64,000 nt of DNA from Thermoplasmata archaeon (GTDB taxonomy: Archaea > Thermoplasmatota > Thermoplasmata > Lutacidiplasmatales > UBA184), in contig DATGZO010000007.1 of NCBI GenBank assembly GCA_035297105.1, positions 18,593 through 82,592 of the forward strand, in the 5' to 3' direction. Made by a program: the position numbers and the translations under genes. The first letter of the stretch is position 1. Every line of letters starts with the position of its first letter. The notes below the pieces were generated by a model. It was not told where the DNA came from. It searched no databases and was given only the letters and a program-made list of their open reading frames with translations. Shown here one piece after another: positions 1-9,062 of the stretch.

Positions 1-524
1 TCGATCTCGGGAACGTGCCCGAGTTCCCGCCCCAGTCGCTCGCGCTCGCGTACTACAACTTCACCGTGACCCCGCCCGCCGGCTACTCGGCATCGCCCGA
101 CGGGGGCACGGTGTTCATGGGCCATAATCAAACGATCACGATCCAGATGTCCGAACTGGGGGTAGGGGGTCGGTTGACCGGCTCCGTGAGCCCGCACCAG
201 GGGGCGGCGATGTGGGTCGACGACCAATCCGTCTCCCTGGACGCGAGCGGCGGTTTCTCCCTCGCGCTCGCGGCCGGACTCCACTCCGTTGAGGCCACGG
301 CCCCCGGTTACGTAGCCTACTTCAACAACGTCACCATCAACGGAGGTGGGACGACCCCCCTCACGATCCTCCTGACACCGGCCGCGAACGGAACGGTAGG
401 TACCCCTGCGCCCTCGTACGCCTACCTCGTGTGGGTCGTGCTCGGCGTAGGGTTCCTCGCCATCGGACTGGCGGCGACGACGCTGGTGTTCTACTCGCGA
501 AGCGTCCGGCCTCCGCCCCCGTGA
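1..524 (+). CDS. C-terminal fragment of a cell-surface (glyco)protein with beta-sandwich domain and C-terminal membrane anchor (5' partial)
   Basis: The frame is open to the window edge, with no in-frame stop upstream of the listed ORF 15..524. Sequence is Thr/Gly/Ala-rich with N-X-S/T sequons (NFT, NQT, NVT, NGT). It carries a 'GLHSVEATAPGYVAYF' carboxypeptidase-regulatory-like motif. It ends in a terminal TM helix LVWVVLGVGFLAIGLAATTLVFY plus a basic tail. Confidence 0.6.
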   Translation, partial: DLGNVPEFPPQSLALAYYNFTVTPPAGYSASPDGGTVFMGHNQTITIQMSELGVGGRLTGSVSPHQGAAMWVDDQSVSLDASGGFSLALAAGLHSVEATAPGYVAYFNNVTINGGGTTPLTILLTPAANGTVGTPAPSYAYLVWVVLGVGFLAIGLAATTLVFYSRSVRPPPP

Positions 525-536
525 ACCCCGGCGGGG

Positions 537-1670
537 TCAGAGCGAAGGAGACGGTCGGAGAGCTCCGACCATATCGGCGGAGGGATCCGGCACCTCGCCC
601 GCGGGAGCGTGCTGTTCGACGAACGAACGGACGCGTCGGTAGGCCACGATCGTCCCGACGAAGTTGCGCTGGCGCAGCTCCGTGAGCACCGAGCGGATCT
701 CCCCGACGGCCGGCTCGATGTCCGCGCCACCCGACCGGATCTCGATCAAGCGGTCCCGGAGCTTGTGGAGGTCGTCGAGCAATCGGGGCTCGAGCACGGC
801 CCACAGAGCGACCGCTCCGCGGGCGAGCAGCCGCTCGCCGTCGGTGCGACGACCGATCCGGACGAGGCGACGGCCCTCCTCGAAGGGGCCGAGCGCGGGC
901 GCCGGGTCGCCGCCGAGCTCGCGTACCGTCGACGCGAGCAACTCCCCCTCCGTGACCAGGATGCGGCCGACCGCCCACTCCTCCTCGGAGCGTTGGAGCT
1001 CGTCGCGGACATGGGCGAGCCGCCGCTGCGCGCCCGGGAGGTCGGCGATGGCGATCGCCTGACGGATCGCTTCGAGCTCGACGTCCGGGCTCGGGGTCGG
1101 GGCTAGCGCGGCGAGCTCATTGCGTCGCGCGAGGGCGGCCTCGAACTCCTCGGCGATCACGCTGATCAGGTGGACGAACATCTCTCGGGCGACGGATTCG
1201 ACCGAATTCCAGTCCCCCACCAGGTGGGCGGCCGAGTTGCGTTGCTCGAAGTCGGTGAAATCGAGCCCGAACCGACGGCCGAGCTGGAAGTACTCTTCGA
1301 TGCGCCGGTCGAGCTCCTTCTCGGAGGACCCCGCGGGGAGCTGAGGGTACTCGCCGAGCGTCTCGATCCGCGCGACCGGCACCGGTTCCTCGACCTCGGG
1401 GACGGTCTCGGGCCCGGGCATCGCGGGAAACCGCGAGGATCGGCTGAGGACGGCATCGGTTCGAGCGGCCGTGGGGACCGCCGGCGTCGACAGGTCGACG
1501 GTCGCCAGGATCTCGCCGATCGTCCGGACCGAGGCAGGGTCGGTCGTGGTCAGCGGACCCGCCGCCTCCCGCACGACCTCGAACAGGCTGCCGGAGAGCC
1601 GGCACTTCGGGCACGACGGGGCGTCGTCGGGGAGCTCGGTGCCGCAGGCGGGGCAGTGCATCGCCACCAT
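537..1670 (-). CDS. Hypothetical protein with N-terminal zinc-ribbon (CPxCG...CPKC) and helical C-terminal domain
   Basis: 377-aa ORF with normal amino-acid composition, unlike the Arg/Pro-rich shadow ORFs overlapping it. The N-terminus MHCPACGTELPDDAPSCPKCR is a C4 zinc ribbon. GGAGG lies about 11-15 nt upstream of the ATG. Confidence 0.7.
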   Translation of the reverse strand: MVAMHCPACGTELPDDAPSCPKCRLSGSLFEVVREAAGPLTTTDPASVRTIGEILATVDLSTPAVPTAARTDAVLSRSSRFPAMPGPETVPEVEEPVPVARIETLGEYPQLPAGSSEKELDRRIEEYFQLGRRFGLDFTDFEQRNSAAHLVGDWNSVESVAREMFVHLISVIAEEFEAALARRNELAALAPTPSPDVELEAIRQAIAIADLPGAQRRLAHVRDELQRSEEEWAVGRILVTEGELLASTVRELGGDPAPALGPFEEGRRLVRIGRRTDGERLLARGAVALWAVLEPRLLDDLHKLRDRLIEIRSGGADIEPAVGEIRSVLTELRQRNFVGTIVAYRRVRSFVEQHAPAGEVPDPSADMVGALRPSPSL

Positions 1671-1830
1671 GCCGCGTTATCCCCCTCCGTTCCGGGTCCC
1701 CTCGCAGGGGGAGCAAAACTCGGAAACGGGAGACCCGGTCCCGACGGTGTCCGACTCGCGCCCTACCGCCGGCATGCCTAGGTGTAACAGCGAGGCAGCC
1801 CCTCAAAAGGGTTAGTGCAGGGCCCCCCAG

Positions 1831-3147
1831 CTAGGTTTCGGGTCCCCGGGGCGCCAGGTGGCGTCGGGCGGACGCAGTCGGATGGTACGTCCCCAGGGGA
1901 CGGGGAGGGGTGCGGGGGAGCCGAGCCGCGGCTTCGGGCGGCCAGCGCCGGTGGCACCCCGGGCACTGGAATCCGCGGAGCCGGCCCAAGGAGCGAGACC
2001 CCCGCTCACAGGTCGGGCACCTCGGGGGGATCGGGTCGCCCGAGACGGGATGCCATCGAAGTACCTCGATCCCCTCGACCCGAAGTCCCGGCGCTCTCCC
2101 CTGGCTCCCCCATACGGAGACGAGGTCCCCGGGACGGAGCTCCCGGGCGAGTCGGGGGAGGGTCTTCGTCGGTTCGAATGCGACGCACGGCAGCGTATCT
2201 CCTCGCGGCCCGGCCACATGAAAACGAACGTGACCGCCCCGCAGGGTCTCCGGCACCCCGGCGACCTGGCCCCGGATCGACCCGGACAGGTACTCGGCCC
2301 AGGCACCGGGCGCCCGAGCGGTCAGATGGTCGCCGGACCCCTGGTTCGTCCGGAACAGCACCCAGCGCTCGACCGGTTCGGAACGGATCGAGGTGCGTGC
2401 ATCCAAGGGGGCTGAGCTGGCCGTTCCCCTTAGGCCGAAGAGGATGGGGCACGGAGTGTGCGGAGCCACGAGCAGTCGGCGCGTGGCGGAATCGTAGCAG
2501 AGGAAGAGCTGCGGATGGGTGGCCTGTGCCTCTCGGACCGACTCCGCCTCGACGTGACGGGGCTGCCCGTACCGGGAGGGCTCCCGGTAGGCGATCATCT
2601 CCCAGGTCGCGCGTCGGCCGGGCCACGCGATGGATGCGGCGGCGCCCACCAGCCCCTGGTCCGTTCCCTGCGTACGAAACCAGGCCCCGGTCCGCACGAG
2701 TTCCCGTCGCACTTCGGCGACCGGGACCACCTCTCGGACCGCCCTCCAGTACATCGTCGCGGCCAGCGGCCGCGGGGTCGCGACCATCGCGGGGTCCGTA
2801 CCCTTCTCGCCCGCGTGGGAGGCGTTCCGGACGACCCCCCAGGCGCGTTCGAGGAACTCCTCCCGACGGGCCGGCGGGAGGGGTCGTCCTCGGGGAAAGG
2901 AGCGGATCGGTCGGCCCCCGACCTCGCCGAGGGGGCGCGGCCGACCTTCGCCCCGTCCGAATCGCGCCGAGAGGGCGGCATTGCCGCGGGTCCTCCACGG
3001 GATGTTGGGGTTGAGGCGGACGAGGCGCGGCTCCCCGATCAGGTCGACCTCGTGGTCGCGGGCGAGAGCGAGCAACTCGGTGAGGACGAACGTCGTGCAA
3101 CCCCCGCGGGGGGAGTCCGTGTCGTCGATCCCGACCCAGAGCGTCAT
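1831..3147 (-). CDS. tiaS: tRNA(Ile2) 2-agmatinylcytidine synthetase TiaS
   Basis: The N-terminus MTLWVGIDDTDSPRGGCTTF...LVRLNPNIPWRTRGNAA matches the conserved TiaS N-terminal kinase-like signature recalled from A. fulgidus TiaS. The C-terminal zinc ribbon CPTCERG...CPGCHRR is as in TiaS. Confidence 0.85.
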   Translation of the reverse strand: MTLWVGIDDTDSPRGGCTTFVLTELLALARDHEVDLIGEPRLVRLNPNIPWRTRGNAALSARFGRGEGRPRPLGEVGGRPIRSFPRGRPLPPARREEFLERAWGVVRNASHAGEKGTDPAMVATPRPLAATMYWRAVREVVPVAEVRRELVRTGAWFRTQGTDQGLVGAAASIAWPGRRATWEMIAYREPSRYGQPRHVEAESVREAQATHPQLFLCYDSATRRLLVAPHTPCPILFGLRGTASSAPLDARTSIRSEPVERWVLFRTNQGSGDHLTARAPGAWAEYLSGSIRGQVAGVPETLRGGHVRFHVAGPRGDTLPCVAFEPTKTLPRLARELRPGDLVSVWGSQGRAPGLRVEGIEVLRWHPVSGDPIPPRCPTCERGSRSLGRLRGFQCPGCHRRWPPEAAARLPRTPPRPLGTYHPTASARRHLAPRGPET

Positions 3148-3175
3148 CGCAAGCGCGGACGGCCCGTCCGCCCGA

Positions 3176-4042
3176 TCAGGAGAGGGCGGCGAGGAGCTTC
3201 TGGTAGGCCGCTCGGTTCGGCTCGAGCGAGATGTCGGACCGGGCGGGCCCGGCGGCGCCGTTGAGCAGCTTCGTTTCGAGGCCCTCGACCGTGGTCTCCT
3301 TCGGGCGGTGCATCACGCCGATCGGAATGCGGCCCGCTTCCATCGTCTCCAGGCAGATGCGGAACATCGCCTTGCGGTCCGACGGGTCGTACCCCTCGAC
3401 CTTCGAGACGTCCAGGACCTTCTCCCGCCAGAGCTTGTACGTGTCGTTGTACGTGACGCACGGCGAAAGGTCCTCGATGAACGCGTAGCCGCGGCCCTCG
3501 CGGGTGAACCGAAGCGCCTCGGTGAGCACCTGGATCATCGTCTTGGGGTCCCCCGAAAAGGTCCGTGCGATCAGGTTCGGGGCCGGGATCGAGAGCGCCG
3601 TGAGGATCGCATCGAACGGCCGCTCGATGTTCCCCTCGAACCCGATCTGGCTCGTGGGAGACGGCTGACCCTTGGTGAGACCGTAGGTCTCGTTGTTCAT
3701 CGCGATGTAGACGATCGAGACGTTCTTCTTGAACGAGTGGATGAAATGCCCCATTCCGATGGCGTAGCCGTCGCCGTCCCCGCCGGCGGCCACGACCGTG
3801 AGCGCCGGGTTGGCGAGCTTCACGCCGACCGCCTGGGCGAGCAGGCGTCCGTGCAGGGCATGGATCCCGTTGATCTCGAGGAAGTTGTGGATCGACCCGG
3901 AGCAACCGATCCCGCCGACGAGCACGAGGTCGTGCGGCGGGATCTTGATCTCGAGGGCGGCCTTCTTGACCGCGGCGAGGACGCCGAAGTCGCCGCACCC
4001 GGGGCACCAGATCGGCGGGACCGGCTTGGCGGACTCGACCAT
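3176..4042 (-). CDS. korB: 2-oxoacid:ferredoxin oxidoreductase, beta (TPP-binding) subunit
   Basis: WCPGCGDFG near the N-terminus and the GGDGDGYAIG TPP-binding motif. Lies immediately downstream of the alpha subunit on the same strand. Confidence 0.9.
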   Translation of the reverse strand: MVESAKPVPPIWCPGCGDFGVLAAVKKAALEIKIPPHDLVLVGGIGCSGSIHNFLEINGIHALHGRLLAQAVGVKLANPALTVVAAGGDGDGYAIGMGHFIHSFKKNVSIVYIAMNNETYGLTKGQPSPTSQIGFEGNIERPFDAILTALSIPAPNLIARTFSGDPKTMIQVLTEALRFTREGRGYAFIEDLSPCVTYNDTYKLWREKVLDVSKVEGYDPSDRKAMFRICLETMEAGRIPIGVMHRPKETTVEGLETKLLNGAAGPARSDISLEPNRAAYQKLLAALS

Positions 4043-4043
4043 C

Positions 4044-5837
4044 TTACGCTACCTCCGGGATCTCGGCGATGATCTGCGGCGCACGGAAGTTCGAGCCGTC
4101 GTACTTGGTGATCGATCTAATTTTGGCGTGGTGCCACGGCACGGTCTCGCGGATCAAGCGCGCGAACTGCCCGGTGTAGTTGTGCTCGACCACGTAGGCC
4201 ACGTCGACCGACTTTAGGAACGGGTCGAGCTCGTGGGCCGGAACGGGGTAGAGGGTTCGGGGTTGGAAGAAGCGGGTCGCCGTGCCCCGTGCGGCGAGGA
4301 TCGCCTGCGCCTCCCGGATCGGCCCGAAGGTGCTGCCGTAGCCGATGAGACCGACCTTCGCCTCCGGTGGCCCGAACAGGTGCCCGGCGGGGAGCTCATC
4401 GCGGGCCCGGACCATCTTCTCCATTCGCTTCTTCATCATCCGCACCCGGTTCACCGGGTTGACAGAGACGTGGCCCCACTCGTCGTGCTCGTTGCCCGTG
4501 ATCTCCGCCCAAACACCGGGGGTCCCGGGGGGCGCGTAGGCGCTCCGGCCGGTCTCCGAGAACGCGTAGGCCTTGTACTGGGTGAGCGCGGCGACCTGCT
4601 CACCCGAAAGACGCGCGCCGCGGTCGACGGAGGCCTTGGTAAGATCGAACCGGCGGCTCGTGGTGTTGTTCTGACACAGCGCCTGATCGAGCAACAGAAG
4701 GACAGGGAGGCGCCACCGTTCTGCGAGATTCAGCGCCTCGATCGTGATGTCGAAACAGTCCTCGGGCGTGCCGGGGGCCAGGATGAAGCGGGGATACTCG
4801 CCGTGGCCGAGGTTCGCGAGGTGGGAGAGGTCCGACTGTTCGTGTCGGGTGGGTTGGCCCGTGGAGGGTCCGACGCGGGCGCAGTCGGCGACGACGATCG
4901 GGATCTCGGCCGCGCCCGCGTGACCGATCCCTTCCGTCATGAGCGATAAGCCGGGTCCGCTCGTGGAGGTCATCACCCGGGCGCCCGCGTAGGCCGCCCC
5001 GATGATCATGTTCACCGCGGCGAGTTCGTCCTCGGCCTGCCGAACGACCCCGTGGAGGGGGGGGAGGTACTGTTGCAGGTACTCCATGATCTCGGTCGCG
5101 GGAGTGATCGGGTACCCGGCAAAGAAGCGTCCACCGCCGACCACGAAACCGAGGGCCACCGCCTGGTTGCCGGTCGTCATGATGAAGTCGTGGGCGTCCC
5201 CGTCCGCGATGCGGTACCGGTCGGCGAGACCCGGGACCTCGGAGGCGGCCTTGCGACCGATCTCGAGGGCCTTCAGGTTCTTCTCGAGCGCTTCGCCCCC
5301 CCGCCGCTTGAAGCGCTCCTCGATGACGGCGCGGGTCCCGACCGGGTCGAAGCCGAAGACGACGCTGAGGGCACCGTAGGCCGCGGTGTTCTTGAAGATC
5401 GGTTGGCCGAGAGCGCCCCCGACCAGGGTCGCGAACGGGAAGCCGGTGGCGTTCGGAACCTCCGACTTGAACGACGTGGAGTCGTAGAGGATGTAGCCGT
5501 GGGGGGCGAGTTCCGAGCGGCCGATCTCGACCGCCTGCTCGTCAAAGGCGACGAGGACGTCGACGTCCGGCTTGACCGCGGCGATCGGGTCGCGGGACCC
5601 GCGGACCGAAGCGTCGGCATGACCCCCCCGGATTCGAGAGAGTACGTTGCGGGAAGTGTACACGTACAGCCCCCGCTTCCGGAAGTACCGTCCCAACAGG
5701 TCCGACACCGTCAGGGTACCATCGCCTCCCTGCCCTCCGATCATGACACACACGTCGGTCAGAGACGGAGCGCGGCGATTCGCGCCCGGTTCGGAATCAG
5801 CCGGAATCGGGGCGGGTTTGGCTGCGGGAGTGGTCAT
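4044..5837 (-). CDS. korA: 2-oxoacid:ferredoxin oxidoreductase, fused gamma-alpha subunit
   Basis: Gamma-like N-domain (IGGQGGDGTLTVSDLLGRYF) followed by an alpha domain (GNQAVALGFVVGG...YPITPATEIMEY). The ORF is open to 5966. I place the start at the internal ATG at 5837 (MTTPAAKP...) because the extra 43 aa run into the divergent promoter region. Confidence 0.85.
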   Translation of the reverse strand: MTTPAAKPAPIPADSEPGANRRAPSLTDVCVMIGGQGGDGTLTVSDLLGRYFRKRGLYVYTSRNVLSRIRGGHADASVRGSRDPIAAVKPDVDVLVAFDEQAVEIGRSELAPHGYILYDSTSFKSEVPNATGFPFATLVGGALGQPIFKNTAAYGALSVVFGFDPVGTRAVIEERFKRRGGEALEKNLKALEIGRKAASEVPGLADRYRIADGDAHDFIMTTGNQAVALGFVVGGGRFFAGYPITPATEIMEYLQQYLPPLHGVVRQAEDELAAVNMIIGAAYAGARVMTSTSGPGLSLMTEGIGHAGAAEIPIVVADCARVGPSTGQPTRHEQSDLSHLANLGHGEYPRFILAPGTPEDCFDITIEALNLAERWRLPVLLLLDQALCQNNTTSRRFDLTKASVDRGARLSGEQVAALTQYKAYAFSETGRSAYAPPGTPGVWAEITGNEHDEWGHVSVNPVNRVRMMKKRMEKMVRARDELPAGHLFGPPEAKVGLIGYGSTFGPIREAQAILAARGTATRFFQPRTLYPVPAHELDPFLKSVDVAYVVEHNYTGQFARLIRETVPWHHAKIRSITKYDGSNFRAPQIIAEIPEVA

Positions 5838-5964
5838 GGAGTACCCAAACTGCCGTCGGATTTGACGTGCAGTCCATTCGAGGACGGTACCGTATTTAAG
5901 TAAATGCGAACCGAGCGACCATCTGACATCCTTCTCGGCGACCGGAGCGCTCCGATTTCGCGAC

Positions 5965-5977
5965 AAAGGTTAATTCA
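5965..5977 (+). promoter_or_regulatory. TATA-like box (AAAGGTTAATTCA) upstream of the synthase gene
   Basis: AT-rich island in a GC-rich intergenic region, about 25-30 nt upstream of the ATG at 5999. This spacing is consistent with a leaderless archaeal mRNA. Confidence 0.4.
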
Positions 5978-5998
5978 GGTCGGCGGGTGGAAGAATCG

Positions 5999-7246
5999 AT
6001 GGCGGAGCCGGCCCTCGTCGAGAACTACCACACCGCCACCGCTCCGCTGCGTACCCTGCCCGAGTCCCTCGTCCTGTGGGACGAGACCCTGCGGGACGGG
6101 GAACAGATGCCCGGCGTGCACTTTTCACCGGAAGAGAAGCTCCAGATCGCCGAGCTCCTGTCCGAGATCGGGGTCCCCATCCTCAATGCCGGGATCCCCG
6201 TCGTGTCCGAGAAGGAGGCGCGGGCGGTGCACTTGCTCGCCCACGCCGGACTGAAGGCGAAGGTGTTGGCCGCCGCCCGGACGGTTCCGGGGGACGTCGA
6301 CGCCGTGATCCGGAGCGGAGCGACCCACATCGCCATCTTCGTGGCGGCGAGCCACGTCCACCTGCGGTACAAGCTCAAGATGTCCCAGGAAGAGGTCGTC
6401 GCCGCGAGCCGGGCCACCGTCCGGCAGGCGAAGGCGGCCGGGCTCCATGTGGCCTTCGTGACGGAGGACACCGTTCGGTCCCCGTTCGACTTCGTGGAAC
6501 GACTCTACCGCGCCGTTCAGGAAGAGGGGGCGGACCGGCTGGTCGTCTCCGACACGGTGGGAATCATGACCCCGCTCACGTTCCGGTGGTACCTCTCCGA
6601 GTTCCAGTGGCGGGTGAAGCCGAAGGACCTCTCGGTCCACTGCCACAACGATTTCGGGCTCGCCACCGCGAACACGCTCACCGCGCTCGAGTGCGGAGCC
6701 CGATCCCCGCATGTCTGCGTGAACGGGCTCGGGGAGCGCGCGGGGAACGCCTCGCTCGAGGAGGTCGTCATGTGCCTGGAATCGCTCTACGGGGTCCGGA
6801 CCGGCATCCAGACCGAACGACTCTACGAGCTCTCCTCCCTCGTCGAGGAACTTTCGGGCGTCCCGATCGCCGCCAACAAGGCGCTGGTCGGGTACAACGC
6901 CTTCTCCCATGAGGCCGGCATCCACACCCACGGCATCCTCGCCCACACGCTCACGTACGAACCGCTCCAGCCCGATGTCGTCGGTCGGGAGCGGCAGATG
7001 ATCCTCGGCAAGCACACCGGCAAGGCGGCCTTGATCGAGAAGCTCAAGGAGCGCGGGATCACGGCCTCCGACCCGCTCCTGATCGAGCTCCTGCAGCGCG
7101 TGAAGACCGAGACGGAGGGGCGGTCGAAGGAGGAGCTCCGTACCTTCCTCGAGGAGTACCGTCGGCTCTTTTACCGGCCGGGGCTCTCGGATGCGGACTT
7201 CTGGACGATCGTGGAAGCGATGGGCATCAAGCCGGTGAGCGTATGA
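5999..7246 (+). CDS. 2-isopropylmalate / (R)-citramalate / homocitrate synthase family enzyme (short form without LeuA regulatory domain)
   Basis: Carries the LWDETLRDGEQ motif, HxH (HCHNDFGLATANT) and the HEAGIH motif of the DRE-TIM aldolase family. The ORF begins at GTG 5987, but ATG 5999 fits the TATA spacing better. The 3' end overlaps the next gene by 4 nt. Confidence 0.85.
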   Translation: MAEPALVENYHTATAPLRTLPESLVLWDETLRDGEQMPGVHFSPEEKLQIAELLSEIGVPILNAGIPVVSEKEARAVHLLAHAGLKAKVLAAARTVPGDVDAVIRSGATHIAIFVAASHVHLRYKLKMSQEEVVAASRATVRQAKAAGLHVAFVTEDTVRSPFDFVERLYRAVQEEGADRLVVSDTVGIMTPLTFRWYLSEFQWRVKPKDLSVHCHNDFGLATANTLTALECGARSPHVCVNGLGERAGNASLEEVVMCLESLYGVRTGIQTERLYELSSLVEELSGVPIAANKALVGYNAFSHEAGIHTHGILAHTLTYEPLQPDVVGRERQMILGKHTGKAALIEKLKERGITASDPLLIELLQRVKTETEGRSKEELRTFLEEYRRLFYRPGLSDADFWTIVEAMGIKPVSV

Positions 7247-8526
7247 ACCCGTCCCACGGCCACGGCCAGACCCTCGCCGAAAAGATCCTCGGCCGGGCCG
7301 GCGGCCTCGACCGCGTCGTTCCCGGGCAGATCGTCGAGGGCAAGGTCGACCTCGCGATGATGCACGAGCAGGGCGCCCAGACCGTCGGACCGTTCCACCA
7401 GATGGGCGCGGAGAAGGTCTGGGATCCCGAACGGGTCGTGATCGCGATCGACCACTGGGTGCCCGCCTCCACGGAGGGGGCAGCGATCCTCCACCGGATC
7501 CTCCGGAAGTTCGCGGCGGAGACCCACCTGCCGCATTTCTACGACGTGGGGAATCACGGCATCTGTCACCAGATCCTCGCCGAGAACGGATGGGTCGTTC
7601 CCGGCGATCTTGCGGTCGGAACCGATTCGCACACCAACATGCTCGGCGCGATGGGTGCCGTCGCGGCGGGAATCGGGCCCACCGAGATGGCCGCCGTGCT
7701 GGCCCTGGGCGAGCTCTGGCTGAAGGTTCCGCCGACCCTGCAGGTCCGCGTCCGGGGCCGCTTCGGCCGGGGCGTGACCGCGAAGGACCTCGTCCTTCGC
7801 ATCCTCGGCGAGATCAAGACCACAGGGGCGACGTACAAGGCCGTCGAATTCTCGGGCCCGACGATCGAGCGCCTGTCGATGCCCGAGCGGTTCACGATCT
7901 GCAACATGACGACCGAGATGGGGGCGAAGACGGGAATGGTCGCACCCGACCAGACGACCTTCGACTATCTGGCTCCGATCGCGAAGCACGCGATGCATCC
8001 GCTCCGACCCGACTCCGACGCGCACTACGAGCGGACCCTCGATATCGATGTCGAGGGCATGCCGCCGATGGTCGCATGCCCGTACTCTCCCGACAACGTT
8101 CGCCCTCTCCCCGATGTGGTGAAGGAGCACGTCAAGGTCGACCAGGTCTTCCTCGGTTCCTGCACCAACGCCCGGATCGAGGACCTCCGCGAGGGCGCGG
8201 CCATGATGAAGGGGCACAAGGTCGCGAGCGGGGTTCGGTTCATCGTGTCCCCCGCGTCGACCAAGATCTACCAACAGTGTCTGGAGGAGGGGATCATCGA
8301 GACCTTCACCACGGCCGGAGCCGTCTTCACCAACTCGAGCTGCTCGGCGTGCTTCGGGGGGAACATGGGGATCCTCGCCCCGGACGAAGTGTGCGCCTCG
8401 TCCTCCAACCGGAACTTTCCCGGACGGATGGGAGCGAAAGAAGCCCGGATCTATCTCCTCTCCCCTACCGCCACGGTCGCCGCGGCGATCCGCGGCGAGC
8501 TCGCGGACCCTCGGGACCTGATGTAG
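7243..8526 (+). CDS. leuC: 3-isopropylmalate/(homo)aconitase-type dehydratase, large subunit
   Basis: Aconitase-family large-subunit motifs (DHWVPAST, GTDSHT, GSCTNARIEDL, SCSACFGG; three cluster Cys). LeuC cannot be separated from HacA by eye. Confidence 0.9.
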   Translation: MNPSHGHGQTLAEKILGRAGGLDRVVPGQIVEGKVDLAMMHEQGAQTVGPFHQMGAEKVWDPERVVIAIDHWVPASTEGAAILHRILRKFAAETHLPHFYDVGNHGICHQILAENGWVVPGDLAVGTDSHTNMLGAMGAVAAGIGPTEMAAVLALGELWLKVPPTLQVRVRGRFGRGVTAKDLVLRILGEIKTTGATYKAVEFSGPTIERLSMPERFTICNMTTEMGAKTGMVAPDQTTFDYLAPIAKHAMHPLRPDSDAHYERTLDIDVEGMPPMVACPYSPDNVRPLPDVVKEHVKVDQVFLGSCTNARIEDLREGAAMMKGHKVASGVRFIVSPASTKIYQQCLEEGIIETFTTAGAVFTNSSCSACFGGNMGILAPDEVCASSSNRNFPGRMGAKEARIYLLSPTATVAAAIRGELADPRDLM

Positions 8527-8534
8527 GGGACCCC

Positions 8535-9062
8535 ATGAAGGACGTCATCGAAGGGCGGGTCTGGGTGCTCGGGGCGGATGTCGACACCGACCAGATCATC
8601 TCGGGCAAGTACCTCACCATTATCGACCCGAACGAGCTGAAGAAGCACGTCTTCGAGATCGCGCTCCCCGAGTTTGCGGCCGAGGCCCACGCCGGCGACA
8701 TCATCGTCGCGGACGAGAACTTCGCGTGCGGCTCCAGCCGGGAGCACGCCCCTCAGGCGATGCGGGCGATCGGCGTCGGCGCCGTCGTCGCCGACTCGTT
8801 CGCCCGGATCTTCTACCGGAACTCGATCAACCTCGGCATCCCGACGGTCGAGGTCCGCGGCGTGCGGAAGATCTTCGAGAAGGGGGACACGGCTCGGATC
8901 GAGATGAGCGCCGGCCGGGTGACGAACCTGAGGACCGGGGCCTTCGTGACGTTCCCGCCCCTTCCTCCCCACCTCCTCCACCTCCTGGAGGTGGGCGGAT
9001 TGGTCGAGAAGGTCCGGGTCGAGCTCGAACGCCGTCGGACGGCCGTCGGGACGCCTCCATGA
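8535..9062 (+). CDS. leuD: 3-isopropylmalate/(homo)aconitase-type dehydratase, small subunit
   Basis: MKDVIEGRVWVLGADVDTDQIISGKYL...ENFACGSSREHAPQA is typical of the archaeal small swivel-domain subunit. It lies in frame inside the listed ORF 7590..9062. The ATG is at 8535, 8 nt after the leuC stop. Confidence 0.9.
   Translation: MKDVIEGRVWVLGADVDTDQIISGKYLTIIDPNELKKHVFEIALPEFAAEAHAGDIIVADENFACGSSREHAPQAMRAIGVGAVVADSFARIFYRNSINLGIPTVEVRGVRKIFEKGDTARIEMSAGRVTNLRTGAFVTFPPLPPHLLHLLEVGGLVEKVRVELERRRTAVGTPP

Noticed and set aside
2166-2186. GGTTCGAAT T-arm-like motif
   Set aside because: It lies inside the tiaS coding region. The flanking stem would enclose a 9-nt loop, and no acceptor or anticodon arms can be drawn.
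1815-3014. Long plus-strand ORFs (399, 185 and 103 aa) and a minus-strand out-of-frame ORF (2006..3100) overlapping tiaS
   Set aside because: Their translations are extremely Arg/Pro/Gly/Ala-rich with no recognisable motifs. That is typical of stop-poor alternative frames in GC-rich DNA. The tiaS frame has a clear family signature.
5838-5966. 43-aa N-terminal extension of the OFOR alpha-subunit ORF
   Set aside because: The extension runs through the AT-rich divergent promoter elements. It has no similarity to the gamma-domain N-terminus, so the internal ATG at 5837 is more plausible. It is not excluded without TSS data.
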